A DNA stretch of 64,000 bases, taken from NCBI GenBank assembly GCA_965153285.1, contig OZ229116.1, one strand, 5' to 3'. This stretch comes from Podarcis tiliguerta. Taxonomy: Eukaryota. The notes under the pieces were generated by a model. The model was given only the letters and a program-made list of their open reading frames with translations. It did not search any database and was not told the DNA's origin. This document shows positions 11,806-25,782 of this stretch, one piece after another; position 1 is the stretch's first letter; every line of letters begins with the position of its first letter. Made by a program: the position numbers and the translations under genes.

Positions 11806-14559
11806 TTTTGTTGTTTTCAATTTGATTATCTCTGGCTATTAGGGTTATTGAGGAAGGTCTATTCTTATCCTAGACAAACAAATAATGTACAGAATCACAC
11901 TTGCTTTCTTGCAGCAACAAAAAGTCTTCCTGATCTGGTGTTGCAGCAGACCATACACTGATGTGTTAGAACTGGGAAAATGGCTCTGCTGCAAGAACAG
12001 CAACCATAGACCAGTATTTTTTTAGACCAGAGTGGAGCTGTAGTACTTTGTGTTTGACCCTGAGTGCTGTTCTGACAACAGACAAATGCTCTAGCATGTG
12101 GCTTTCTGCCCATACCCAGGACACTACACTACAGTTTAAGCCATTTAAAATACATCAGTGCACCTTCACTGCCTTTTTCAATGATATTTTCCCCTGTGCT
12201 TTTAGGTTTCACAACTCGGGTCAGAGAATAGCAGAACATTTTAGTGTCAGTGATCTATGCAGTTTTATATGGCTTTCTAAATTGCATCCTTGTAGAACTG
12301 CTCATTTCCTCCACAAAAGTAGACTGCTTTAGGTCTGAGAGGTTAGTCAAAGAGCATATCTGCTAATTTTCTTACATTTTTTCCCCTGGGAGGGGCAGGG
12401 AGGGAAGAGACTTTTCCTTCCAATTCCTTGTCAGTCTCATCTTTGTTGGAAAGCTTAAAACCATTTCCAGTTGTGGCACTTAGAACTGCACCTTCTGAGC
12501 GTTCTTGACAATTGAAATGCATATTGACTCACTTTTTTGTCTTTATAAGAAAAAAACATTGATTCCCTTTCACTTCTAAATAATTTAGAATGTACTTCCA
12601 ATGGAAAATGCATATGTGTAACTAGAAATAGTTTTGGAACAATTAGAGTTCAATCTGACATGTCTTTGTGGTTTATAATTTCCATTTTATGTGAGCCTTT
12701 CAGAGGTTCTCCTCATAAATTCCTAATAACAATAATAACCAAGCACAAATAGCCATACTCTTTGTAGATGGCATCTTTCCCTAGACAGGAATATCATCAG
12801 CAGGTAGGACAGAATTGGGGGGTGGGGATCATCACCTGTAAGTATATATATTGTATCTCCTCCTTCCAATCCTCATTCTGTTTTGGAATTTAGAAAAGAA
12901 AGGAAAGGCAGAGCTGGGATTCAAACAAAATAATGCCAGTAGTTTTCTTTAAGCACAATAAGTGGCATTTTTGCTGATAGATGAAGTGCTAAGCTTTTGT
13001 TCTTTAAAAACCAGTCAGTTTCTCAAACTTTTTTTCCTGAAGTATCTGGAAGATGAATTGGGACTTCAAACATATATGTAGCCAACCTTCCTATTGAAAT
13101 CTATTGAAATATATTACCGTGACAAGTTTGGGGCATGAAACATTGCTTAATAAGATAGATACTGCGTTGTGCAGAATACGTCACGGCAATGTCATTTGGA
13201 GCTGACAGTAGCACAGGCAAAGAAGAGTCTGTCCATGAGAGCAAAATAACTCCTTTTTACTTACACCAATAAAAGTTTGCTCTTCGACAGAGGTATCCAT
13301 GTGCTTTTTAGGTGTAATTCAGACAAAAAGGCTACATAGAGCATATACAAATACTGGTGTTTTTCACAAGTTGTATAAGTTAAATGTTCAGATACAGACT
13401 GTTCTTCCATCTTCATCAGTTTCAAGATGAAGCATAACCCTGCTGCTTTCCCCCAAATGTTTTCTTTCTGCACTTAGATGTGGGTGGGAAGCAGATTATA
13501 AATAAGGTTAACTACCCCTTTCCTCACTGCTATTCCATATTTCACTGCCCCTTCCCAAAACAGTTTCCACCTAGAAAAAAGTGGAATTAATGTGCAGTGA
13601 TATCCTGTTGCAGCCATTTCTTTGCAATTTTTGAACTAGGAATGGGGTTTTTTATTTCTAAATTTTACAGGACACAGCATGAAGACTGAGTGAATCTGAT
13701 GGTGGCTTGTTATATGAGATCAACTGTAAACAAAAACAAAACCCCAGAGCAAAACTCCTTTTTTGTCATGTTCAGTGAAAAATTACACTTCCCATACTAC
13801 GGCTGGCATCCTGGCGCAGGGCTAAATATGCACGTATAAGATCATTTCTCTCCCCCCCCCCCCAGTGACCTCATGCTAACTTCATTACTAAAACAGGCAG
13901 AGTACACATGTTAATTGGGGTGGGGGAAGGCACAGTGAATGAATCTTGTAGAGAATCATGCAGGTTGGAATGCCCTGAAAGGAGAATGTAATTATATCCT
14001 TTTCCTAATTAAACAGTGTGGCATAATTGATTGTTATAGTGAAACTGTTCCTCAGACTTGCATATAACAGCAAATTTATTCATTCAAAAGTTCAATAGGA
14101 GAGTGGCATTTAAACTTTAACCAATTCAACGATTCATCCATGAAATTGTAAGGGAGGTTGTGCTGGTGTCTATCAACTTAAACTAAAATAAAACTACCCA
14201 ATGGGTTGGAAACTTCAAATTAGAAAAGCTGAAAAGATGCATATGTGTACTTTTTTCTGGACTCTCGGGGCTATTCAATTATACTGTGAATTACTATTTC
14301 AGATTACTAAAGGACATTTATAAGTCCCAGATGTACGATTAGCTGTCCCTGTTGATATTGGCTTTGCAGAAGCTAGTGATAATTCAAGAGGGACTGTCGG
14401 AGAAACTATGCATGCAACTCCTGATTGATGAATAGCATTTTTTCACTAATCAGCTGACCAAGACAGTTAAAATTTATCTCAATTCAGACTTTAAATATAT
14501 GTAGTCAGTGTGTCCTCTCAGTGCTGCTGTGCAAGTTTGGGGGAAAGTTAGTTAAACAT

Positions 14560-14994
14560 TGTCAGGGAACTGCCATCAGTGCCGGAGGGAAGGAGCAGAA
14601 TCCAGAGGGATTCCAGAGAGCGTCCCGGGATTGGGAGAGGCAGCCCATCTTCTAGGAAAGAGAATCAGCGTAGCACCAGTGGAGAAGGGGGGCAGATGGG
14701 GGAAGTGGCGAGGCGGTCCCATGACTCCTTGCCGGGGACCAGCGGGGAGAGTAGGGGTCCTCCGCTGCCTACATCCTACTTGCGCAAAAGGCTTTCACGC
14801 AGAGAGAGTAGGAGAAGACTAGGCGTCAAAGAGCTTCTTTGCTGGAAGAAGTTTAAGAAACGCCCACTGACGGATTCTGCCAGCGATTGAGACAGCCACG
14901 GGTGAGTGGCTGTCTGGACAGAAAAGGTTCACTCAGGCAATCCAGCCAGGTGTTTGCACCGGCTTAAGCACGAGCAACCCCTAGAACCATTACA
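14560..14994 (+). mobile_element. Solo LTR (probably Gypsy/Metaviridae)
   Basis: TGTCA...TTACA termini, perfect 5-bp TSD AACAT (14555-14559 and 14995-14999), and a GC/CpG-rich island in AT-rich surroundings. No AATAAA seen, so it may be internally deleted. Confidence 0.85.
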
Positions 14995-15243
14995 AACATT
15001 AAAATGAACTTATAGTGAGCAAACTACAGGACTTTTGTAGGAAACTAACATCATACTAGAATTGGTATATTATATGTTTTAGTCAATCCTGTATATTTAT
15101 AGAGTGATTACAAAGATTACACTATTTTTGTCTGTTAACCTTTTTATGCTCTCTCTTGCACACCAGTCTGTTCAGCTTGAAACACAATCACCTTGGAAAT
15201 TATAAATCTGTGTAAAGTTCTTGTTCTTAACAGTTGAAACAAA

Positions 15244-15770
15244 ACATACAAGAACTTAAGAAAAGCCCTGCTTGGCCAAGCCCATCTAGTTGAGCACCCT
15301 GTGGTCTACAGATGCCTGTGAGATGCTCCCAAGCCATGTCCTTGTGCATGGGCGTAGCCAGGATTTTTGTTCATACAAAACTTCAGATTTGTATTGATTT
15401 AGGGGGGCATCTGCCCCCCAGCTATGTACATGCCCTTGCGTAACGGTACTCTCACCAGTTGTGATACTTAGTACTTGATATTTGGAGACTTCTTGTCTCC
15501 AACAGTTGAGGTAAAGCAATAGCAATCATGGCTAGTAGCCAGAGAAAGCCATAGACTGTTAGTTTTTCTGATCCCAATTTAAAGCTATCCAAGTTAGTAA
15601 CCATTACTGTATCTAGTTGAAGTGAATTCCAACTCTACACTGTGGGAAGTTCTTCCTTTTGTCTGCTCTGAATCTTCCAACATTCATCTTAATCGGATGG
15701 TGCTGGGTTCTAGTGTTGGATGGAAAAAAACCTTAACCCTGCCCACATTCTCCACAACCTGCATAAACTC
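15244..15770 (-). mobile_element. Old CR1 LINE 3' fragment
   Basis: caagaacttaagaaaagccctgct...gcccatctagt tail, plus agcaatcatggctagtagcc and cacattctccaca motifs typical of reverse-strand squamate CR1 3' ends. Confidence 0.55.
15347..15432. mobile_element. Small hAT-type MITE nested in CR1
   Basis: Imperfect TIRs catgggcgtagc / gctatgtacatg and a degenerate 8-bp TSD (tccttgtg / cccttgcg). Confidence 0.55.
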
Positions 15771-16249
15771 AAACCACGTACATAAAAGCTCTTCACGTGT
15801 GACGTCAGGATATGACTGTACATTTGAGATTTTAATACATTTCCTCTTGAAATCTGATATCTGCTTCAAAATCCAGCACTCAGAGTTATGATGTGTGGAT
15901 TTGCACACTTTCTAGTGGATTGGGAAGTGTCTTCCATAAAACAATGAAAGGATTATTCCTTATCCTTTTGACAGATGCACTTAAAATGTTTTTATTAAGC
16001 CACCTAAGTATAATCCAGTAATAACAACAGCAATATTAGAATCACACTATGGTTTCTTTTCTGATCCAGGAAACAGTGAGTGAAAGGATGCAGAAGCAAG
16101 AGTTCACTTGCAGAAATTAGAATGCAGTTGATGACAACATTTTTCTTGTGTGATGTGGCCCGTAATGTGCCAGGGCAGCACCCTGTCCATTATTGTTTTC
16201 TTCATAGTAGGATGATCCAGTGTGTGGTAGTATGGAGATGCTGTCTTAA

Positions 16250-16830
16250 TACCATTCAGTAGCCAGATATCGGCAGCAGGATGCTTTTGCCATCTGTAAA
16301 GCCAATGGGCAGTCAGCCCTGGCTTCAAGTGTATGCCTTAAGTATGCCTCCTGCATGTGATGAGTTGGGGGAGATGGCTCCTTATTTAAGGGGGGGAATG
16401 GTTGGCTAAATAGAGATTTGTCACCTTCTCTGGCAGTTAGGTGTGGGATGGGAACACACTTAGACACCTTTCATGCTAAGGGGTGGGACCAAAGGCTGGC
16501 CTTTTGGCCTACAGGCCCAGGAGCTGGATAAGGACCACCTCTGAAGCCGACTAGCCTCACCTGCCTGGAACTTTAGGACCCTGGGGAGTGGAGAAAACCT
16601 GCCTGCTCTCCTTCAGGGAGAGGCCTGGGATAAGGGGTAGGTACTTCTGCCATACCTCCCCCCCAACTTCCGCAGGCAGGGTGGTTTTCCCTATTAGCTG
16701 CAAGCTTGAACTGAGGTTCAGTTTTCTCTTGCACCTATAGGAATTTTCCTCTGCAGGTAATCATATGGTTTGTTGTATTTAAGTTTCATAAAGTGGCCCT
16801 TACTTAACCCAACTTACTGTTTCTGATTTG
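16250..16830 (+). mobile_element. Unclassified LTR-like (possibly DIRS/Ngaro-type) repeat
   Basis: GC-richer block with CCAAT (16302), TATA-like tatttaag (16383) and a terminal ataaagtggcc...ccca motif shared with 40660-41480. No TSD found. Confidence 0.35.
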
Positions 16831-16833
16831 GCC

Positions 16834-17078
16834 AATGAGTTCAAATTACAAAAAAAGGAGATTCCAACTAAACATCAGGAAAAACTTTCTGGCAATAAGG
16901 GCTATTCGACAGACGCCCACAAGTAGTGAGGTACTCTCCTTCCTTGGAGGTTTTTAAGCAGAGGTTGGATGGCTGTCTGTCATGTATGATCTAGTTGAGA
17001 TTCCTGCATTGCAGGGGGTTGGACTAGATGACTCTCTGACACCCTTCCAACTCTGTGATTCCAACAATTGTATGATTC
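16834..17078 (+). mobile_element. CR1 LINE 3' fragment
   Basis: ttcaaattacaa...aaacatcaggaaaaactttct...tccttggaggtttttaagcagaggttggat...ggactagatga...cccttccaactctgtgattc; same family as the tail at 50020-50480. Confidence 0.85.
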
Positions 17079-17708
17079 ATTGGATCACAGTGGCAGGATT
17101 TGAACTGTCCAGATTCACACTCCCTTTCAACATACCCACAGATATGTTTTCTTTAGTCATATGCTTAGGGCAGAATGCTAACCTGCAAAAGGAATAGATG
17201 CATGTTTTGTAAAACAAGAGGCATCCACTGTGACTAGGACATGTTGTTCCTCACTTTAACTTGCGCATTGTATCATTCTCTTTTGGGTAAATTAAGATGA
17301 TGGGTGTCCGCTCTTATTGGGAGCTCACCTCTGACTGCTAAAATGCCACCTGGGGCTGTAGCAGGGAGGGTGGAGGAGTGGCAGCAGAGCTGGGTTGGGC
17401 TGGTGAGGATCTCTTCTGAGCAGTACAGTAATCCACTGCAGTACAGTAACCCACCAGGTTTAATTTCAAAGGAAACTATTTTCCCTTTGGTGTATAAAGT
17501 TATTGTAAAACTTTCTTATGTTTAACTCTTCCCAATTTACTTTCTATTGAGGATGGGGGGGAAAGAAGAAGCAACGTTTATGAAGCGTTACATAAGCTAG
17601 ATAGCTAAGGGGGTGGGGATGGAAACTGAATGCAGATAAGTAGTGTGTTGGAATGATGCGATTGCATTCCAGTCCTCAACCAATGCAGCTGGAGCTGGAT
17701 TGAGTATA

Positions 17709-17950
17709 CAGTGGTACCTCAGGTTACATACGATTCAGGTTACATATGCTTCAAGTTACAGACTCCGCTAACCCAGAAATAGTGCTTCAGGTTAAGAACT
17801 TTGCTTCAGGATGAGAACAGAAATTGTGCTCCGGCGGCAGGGCAGCAGCAGGAGGCCCCATTAGCTAAAGTGGTTCTTCGGGTTAAGAACAGTTTCAGGT
17901 TAAGAACAGACCTCCGGAAAGAATTAAGTACTTAACCCGCGGTACCACTG
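17709..17950 (-). mobile_element. Tc1/mariner MITE, family A (opposite orientation)
   Basis: TA|CAGTGGTACC...GGTACCACTG|TA; the interior is the reverse complement of the 8638 copy. Confidence 0.92.
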
Positions 17951-18237
17951 TATGTTGGTAAAACCTGATATGCAATAAGAAAAAACGGTTCTTTGGGGGA
18001 GAACTTGTATCCTTTTCTGGACTTGTCTATTCCTATGCACACTGCTTGTGCATCAAAGCAAAGCACAAAAATGGAAAGGAATTTGGAATGCAACAGGCAA
18101 TATGTATTGCATTTACATATGTGTAAAAAAGCTGACTGATACAGTATTCCTCATTCTGCAAAACAGCTGTATGTGTGTGCAGAGGACAAAGAACACTAGC
18201 AGAGTCTGAAAAGTTAGAGCTGTGATTAGTAATCAAA

Positions 18238-18295
18238 GACCATACTAGATGAACCAGTAGGCTGACTTGGTATAAGGTAAGCTTTCTTTGTTCCT
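18238..18295 (+). mobile_element. SINE/CR1-type 3' tail fragment
   Basis: ctagatgaaccagtaggctgacttggtataaggtaagctttctttgttcct resembles the tail of the Squam2-like SINE. Confidence 0.45.
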
Positions 18296-21200
18296 GTGCA
18301 GGAGCAGGAATATCTGAGCTTCACTTTCTGTAAATGTCTGAGGATTGTGAGAAAGCACAAGCAGAAATAAATAGACAGGTTTTTCATATTGCTAATCTGT
18401 GCTTTGTTGTACCCAACAAAGCCAGTCCGTTAGTGCAATGATTTCTGCATGTGCAATGGGATTTCAACTCCTCTCCCAGTGCCCCGAAATATGTTGGTAG
18501 AAGACAGAGAGGAACTCCTGTTACACAAGCAGAAGTCCTTGAGCTAATGGGATGACTTCATAACTCTTTTTTCTGCTTCTCAGCTGGACTGAAATAAAAA
18601 ATTTCAGTAATAAGGAAGCCTTAGTTTTTGTACAATCAAGGACTTTTTAAAATATACTAAAATTTAAAGCTTGCATTTTGACCTTGGTGTCTGGACTAAG
18701 AGAGGCCTGATATGAGTGCCTTGAAAAACAGCATGACCATTTCTGAGTATATATAAAATAATCATTTTTCTATTATCATGAAACATGATAGTATTTATTT
18801 TTAAATGAACAGCATGCTTCTAACACATATTTTTAGAACTGCTGATGTATTGGTAAGTTATCATGGTGTAATAGCATTGTATCCAAAGCTGCTTTTCTTC
18901 ATAAACCCTTATATTTAATCCCTCGACCCAGCAAGCAGCATGTTGCCCAGGGAATTAACTTCAGATTGAAGATAAAGAAGGGTCTGAAGTTAATGACTTC
19001 TTGAAAAGCCACTGGGAGTTTCAATACAATTGCAATAGGATCCTGATGAAGAAAAATACGGTATTCACAAAACAGATAATGAAGAATCCTTTGTATTGTT
19101 TGCACCTAGACAGAACCATAGTTTTGGCAAATATGACCAGAACTGAGGCTACCATGACAAATTCTGAAATCAAGCTGTTAATGGTTTCATTGGGAGTAAT
19201 ATAAAGTTTCCCTCTCTGAAAGGCTTAATGCAGTTTAAAATAAATATAGGATAATTGTAAGACATTTGTTTTCAATGTCTGTTTCACAGAAAAAAAGCAA
19301 AACTTTGTTGCAGATATTACAGAGATAATATAATCAAAATATGATACCAATTTTATAGTCTTTTGTGCCCAGCTATTAAAAACACATTGCTAAATTTCCA
19401 AGAACATTAGTTCGGATACTTACTTAATTTACTATTAAACTTGCCTTTGCTTCTAATAATGGATTTGGTGGCTGTAAATGTGCCAGAAAATAGAAATTAT
19501 AAATCATAGAAGAATTTGATGCTATCTTAATTGCTTTTAAAAGCAGTGATGAGGTTCTGCCTAGAATAATTTTATTTCAGCTTGATTGAAGTGGTAATGT
19601 AGAATGGCATTTGCATCTGTTAGCAATAAAGATGTTCATGAGTTGCTTGGAAGAACGTGTGCGCGCACACACACACACTGCAATATTGTTCATTTGCCCT
19701 GACTAAATTTGTTTATTAGCTGCTGGATACTAAATTACAGAATCCTTTCACATTGTTTCAGTTATGTGTCTAGGAATTTATGAAGCTGCTTTTAACTCTA
19801 GGAGTTTCTACAGATCCTGTAAAAAAGTTGACAGCCCAGTTGTTGCTGCTTACTGTGACAGAGAAGAGCAAGGTGGCAGGGAGGTCAGCACCGTGCAAAC
19901 ACATCAGTGGATCCCGTCTGGTGTTCCTACTGGTGCATTTGCACCGGGCTGCTTTTCTCTCCCCTTTCTGATAAGCAACAGAGATAGCTGTCAGGAGCAC
20001 AGGTGAGCCAGCTCATCACACTGTATGCTATTGACCGTGAACATTTAGAAAACTCACTTTGATGGCAATATATTACTAGGCACCAGTAAGATCTTGTGGG
20101 TAGAATGCTAGACTATATCTGGCCTGTTAAACCTGCTCTACTGACCTGCCAACCCCTGTTTTAAGGCTGTTGCCACTGAGTGAGAAAAGCATGCAGAGTT
20201 AAGTGGGGACAGTATCATGGGGCAGGGCAGGTTAGAGAGCAGTCAGCATTGCCCCAGTGTGTGTGGTGTGCATACATGTATGTGTGTGCAGATGAAGTGA
20301 GGAGTTTGATACACAATTATGACTGCACTGACCTTTGGTATACAGTCCCTGGGTGGTTGGCTAATGGTAAATGTGGCCCTCAGACAAAAGGTGAGCTTTC
20401 CTAGCCCTGGTTTAAACAAAGCAAACAGCTTTGTTATGGCTCATTTGTGCAGGCAACAGGAAGAGGTGGAGGGAAAGAAATACAGTGAGGGGGATATGTT
20501 ATGCTGGTAATCCTCGTACCTCAGCATTGAAAACACTGCCCTAAACTTTTGGTCTCTATTGGCTGGCATAGGTTTGTTGTCCTCTCCCCTCTCCAGATTT
20601 GATGATTCCAAATCTGCCTGTCTCCTTCAGTTGACACTGAAGGGAGCTATTACTGTGTGGTCAGCTGGTGATATGCAGCAGCTCACTTCATAGATTGGCG
20701 AATTTTCGCACCACTGTTGGAAATGGCTCAAAATAATGGTTTGTATGAACACTGCTAGCTGAACCCAGATCACACTGTATGATATTACTCACTAACATTC
20801 AATATGCAAATAGGCACAAAGTTTTTTTTTCCAGAGCAAAAGACTGTACACTACCCTCTTCTTTACATGGTGCTTGTGAAATTCCACTGCAGTGTCTTTG
20901 GTGCACTTATTTCACTGGAGACTAAAGATTATTTTTGAAAATAGCCGGAGACTACAATTCTTTCTAGAAATACTTTGCTTCTTGTCTCTTGGTGTTAGTT
21001 AATCCAGGTAGTATGTGAGCACTAGTCTTGCTAAAGCTGCTTATTTGTGTTAGCATAGTAGTATTATTGTTATAAATAGTTAGCTAGCAAAGCATTTGGG
21101 AATGCAATAAGTTTTAAAAGCACTCTGTAAAATCAAATTTTAATTCTGAATATGTGCATGAAGCTCTGAAGTACAATAAAACGCTTATGTAAATACTCTA

Positions 21201-24200
21201 AAATATTAAAGCAATACAGTTGCCAATATAATAGCCTAGACACAAAGCAAGAAAAGGCACTTGGATCATCCATTCTGATCCCTTTATAATGACACAGTAA
21301 TAGTAATTTGTATGTACATTCAATCAATCGTATCTAGCAGTACAAGAACTTGACCCTTAATGTAAATGTCATGTTTAACCTAGCAAAAATGTCTACATAA
21401 TAGCTCCTTCCTGTCTTCTCAGTGGAATTAATAAAGTTAATAGTATTGTAATATCAGTAATGTAAAATATATTCAGTTCGCTCTGATGAAAAATGCTTCT
21501 CGTATCAGTGCACACTTAAAATGGCCTTATTAGGAATTTATTTCTAAAGCCACAAAATTGCATACTTTAATCAACACATCTTGATCTCTTCTGATGATTG
21601 ATCCACTATAATGGAGGTGGATAAGTGGAACAGTTTATTAGAACTACAGAATAAGTGATTTATAGCATACATTTTCAATCTCAGTCAATATACAAGAGCT
21701 GGAGTAAGCATTACACCAGGGAACAGTTTAATGGCAAAATCCTCTTATCTCAGGAACTAAGCAGTAAAAAATAGTTATTATTGTCTGGATACTTCTAGCT
21801 TAGCTTTGTAATTAAGCATCCCAAGTAGAATCTCCTCCTATATGTGTAATTTTGCTATAAAATGTGAAGGATGCTAGAGAATACAACTGGTACAAAAACA
21901 ATTCCCCCCCCGCCCCCACCTTTTAAAACCTTTAAGACCTTTTTTCTATACTAAAGATATAGCAGTTAGTATATGGTCAATCATAATCAAATATTTATAT
22001 GGCAAAACCCCTGACAGGAATAAGGCATAGTCATGTGAAGTTCCCTTTAAACTTGTATGAGGCCCTAATTTATTTGTATGAGCTATATACAAGGATGTTA
22101 TTTTGTAATCGGCTAATTATTAAATGCTGCCCACATACAAGCAGGAATTTAGTCTCTGGCTATATTTTGGATTTCAGCAGAAAAATATAAATGGTCTCAC
22201 AGAAAAATATAACCTCTCACACAATAATATGAAGTTTTATATATTCTCTGGATCCCCCCCCCCCCCCCCGGTATGCAGAAGTACAGCTGGTGACCGTTTG
22301 CATGCATTTGATTGGTGCGTAACTGCTGACACAACCCCTGTTTTCTACCCCGGATAACAGAAGTTTTCTGGGGCTTACACACACTCTGCTGATGTGTACA
22401 ATGACCCAAAATCACAACCCTGGCAAATGGGAAGTTTCCTGTATATAAATTTGTAAGATGAAATAAGACTACATTCACTACCCCAACCCTACAATGTGGG
22501 TTTTAGAACTTCCAGGACCCTGTAGAAATATTGAGGCCATAGAAATAAGAGTATCCTACAGTAACTTGCCTAATTGTCTTCAGAGAAGAACTTCTGACTT
22601 GACATAGAATGCAATATTGGTCACCCCAGAATGGAAGCAAGAGCTGCCAATAAATATAATGGAGAAATTAAGGATTTGGGCATAGCTGAGCAGCAGCGTG
22701 TCCCTCCCCTTTACCCAACAAAAGCAGAGAGGCATTAATGCATTAATCGAGGTTAAATTCAATTTTATAGCTCTGAGCTTTAGGCTGAAAGGCATTATGA
22801 ACATGCATGCAGATGGTGGTAATTTATGAATTTTTTACCTAACGCCTCCTTCTAAATCAACTTCCTCCCCTGCACAAAAAAGCATGACTATTACTCAGCA
22901 TTACTTACAATATTGTGTGGGATGGGAATCCAGAGGAACAGCACAGAATCGGAGCATAATAAAGTTAGCAAAATTTGTTGATTGGGCCAATCTGTCATGT
23001 TTTCAGAAGTTTATTCCGTAGGTGTATGTTGCAAATGTGGAAAGAATGATCGAAGACCCAGTATCTAGGCCTGAATAGATGTATGTAAATGGTCTGGTCT
23101 GCATGGGATAAATAGGTATAAAGATCTGGGTTCTGTTCATTCTGGGTGGGTGTGTGCGGGGGGTCCCCTTCCCACAGCATCTCATTGCACTTGCTGAAAA
23201 GCCATCCTTGAAATTGAGGGGGTACTCCTAAATCTCATGCAGTGCAGCACAGAGGTCTACAATTGTGAGGAGGGCGTGCAACTGGCAGAAATCAAATACC
23301 TCTCTGCTGTGGTAAGTAAAAATGTTCTTTACTTCAGCTAGTGACTTTTGGAATCCAGGCCTGGTTTTTTGTTGCTGAAGTACAGCAAATCAAGGGGAAA
23401 TTCAGGCTTTAAAAGAGCAGAAAAAGACTGTTCCAATGATTCTCTTATCACAGAAACTAGATGAGCTATTTTTTTCTTACTCTTTCCATGAGATGTCACA
23501 TTAGGAGTAGGGCATGTCAGTGTGAACAGCACAATGATGTGCCTTTATCCTAAGCCCAAGCACAAAGGTCTCTTTGAGACCAGTGCAGCTGACATAGTTT
23601 GGATGCAGACGCTTAGACTGATTTAGAATTATGCCAGTGACTGTTTCCTCTTCACAGTCCACAGAGACGAAACCACTAGATGCACCTCAAAATGAGTTCT
23701 CTGAAACTATGTACCAACCTCAGCGTTGTTTGTGATGTGGTTATGGACTTACTGTTATGTATAGCAACATTACTCATACCAAAGTTAACTGTTCTGTCTT
23801 AAAAATGAAAAAGGACAATTTATTTTTTTAAATCACAAACAACTGAATGTGTGATACTTCCTGTCATGGATTATGTATAGAAAGCTTGCATTCCAAGCTA
23901 AATGCAATTCTAATATTATGAAGTTCTTTAAGTTAAACCTGGTAACCCCTTTTCAAAACGTTCTTGATTCCCCCCCCCCCCCAGCTTATCCTTTATGTTT
24001 CTACGGAGGGACATGCCAAAGAGGTTACAGATGATTGAGAATTCAAAGAAGTATGGGTTCTGGCAGGATTAGCACCAGAGTTGAGTGAAACAATGGGACA
24101 CAGTCGCAATATAGTTAATCCCAAAGCAAAGTCAAATGCAGGTAAAGGGATAAACTAAAAAATCTACCCAAAGTGACATGGGGTGTGGCTACAGTGAGTG

Positions 24201-24349
24201 ACTAGGTTGATGGATGGCTGCCTGAAAGGAAAGGTATCATACTGAGAAAGGTGCAGATAGGCAGGGAGATACTAAGTAGCCTAGCAAGTGTGACGGGAGC
24301 ATGACAAGGAACCCACATAAGCAAGTCAGAAGGTCAACTATACCTAGAC

Positions 24350-24483
24350 TAGTCTTCTCCAACCTGGGTCACCAGATGTTGGACTACAACTTCCACCATT
24401 CCTTATCATGGACCCTGATGGCTGTGAGGGTATTGGGGGTTAGAGTCCCACACCATCTGTGGATCCAAGGTTTGGGAACACTG
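24350..24483. mobile_element. Degenerate hAT palindromic MITE (related to 29066-29201)
   Basis: ccagatgttggactacaacttcca ... tagagtcccacaccatctg arms. Confidence 0.6.
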
Positions 24484-25379
24484 CTGGCTAGGGAAAATGC
24501 TCATCCGGAATGACTTTTGGTCAGGTGAGGTGAAGAGAACCAATGGGCTGTCTAGTGAGTAGATGCATGTAAGGAAGTGGGAGGACATTACTGCCTTTTC
24601 TTCCCTCCCTTAACTTCATTTGGCCCACCACAAATTGTACCAATGCACAGATTTGGAGATCATCAGTTCAAGGCACAGCTGCTCTTGACATACACTCATT
24701 CCTGCATCTTTCCAGAAGGAGAGAAAATACTTTCTTCCAGCCAACATTTATACAGGGGGAGAAGAAATTGTGTTCTTGGGTTGCAAGGACTGGTTAGAAT
24801 ATAAATTCAGTTATTTTTCTGCAGTAATTTTAGAAGCACCACAACAGGAGAATTGTTCTGTATACCTTGCTTGTGATCTGACCTTATTTGTGATCCATTG
24901 GCAAAGTAAGATCATGGAGTACATTGTTTTTTAGTAGTAGCCTGTAATTCATGGTACGTCTAACACTTGTCACACCCTAACCTTGCTGGTGTTCCATAAA
25001 TGTTACCTAGGCAAGCATTCAGTTGACAGGTGCTAAATTCTGATATTGCTCTAGAAACATAAGAAACTTGTGATTCTTTAATATGTTTTATTTTATTGCA
25101 CATTATTATAATCAGGTTTTTATTGTGAACTGTTAAGAGTTTTTAAAAAATCTGGCAGCATAGACATTTTAAATAAAACAATTATGTATGAAATTTGTCT
25201 TTCTTATCTTGCAAAAATAAATTAATTTGCTAACAATTAGAAGCTTTTTTCAGATATTAGAAAGAAAGTGAAATCAAAATTGGGTTCTGTTTTTAAGGAT
25301 TTACAGTTCTTGAGATGTACCAGTAAATGAAAGAAATAAGCATATCAAAACTCTTGTTTTGGAAATTTACCAGAGTAAA

Positions 25380-25415
25380 TTTATAAAATATTATCCTTTA
25401 TAAAATATTATCCTT
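25380..25415. repeat. 17-bp tandem duplication
   Basis: tttataaaatattatcc x2. Confidence 0.9.
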
Positions 25416-25729
25416 CACTGATAATTTATGGAACTGAGAATGAACTTGGGTAATTAATTAGACACCTAGCTTTAAGAGTCACTACAAATATCATAACTGA
25501 TGCATTACAATGCTTCTTTTTCAATATTTATCTTCCTGCCATGACAAATGTTGTGCATAACTGGTAAATGATGGAAATGGGGATGAAATCTGACCATTAG
25601 CCAAAGGCGGCCACTGACATTTTCTAGTATATGTCAGAATTTATGATATTAATTGTTAGTATTCAAAAAGTTAAGAATTAATGGTAAACTAATCACTGAG
25701 GTTATGACATTAGCCATAACAGACACAGC

Positions 25730-25782
25730 TTTTTTTTTTTTACGAGAGAGAGAGAGAGAGCGCGCGAGAGAGAGAGCACGCG
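25730..25782. repeat. Compound poly(T)/(GA)n/(CG)n microsatellite
   Basis: T12, then gagaga...gcgcgc...gagaga. Confidence 0.9.

Noticed and set aside
7090-17950. Recurrent aacctgaa units and dispersed near-identical repeats suggestive of a CRISPR-like array
   Set aside because: They are internal repeats of MITE copies with TIRs and TA TSDs in a eukaryotic intron; there is no repeat-spacer periodicity.
23995-24306. Possible additional old solo LTR ending in ATGACA
   Set aside because: No matching 5' TG end with a TSD could be found.
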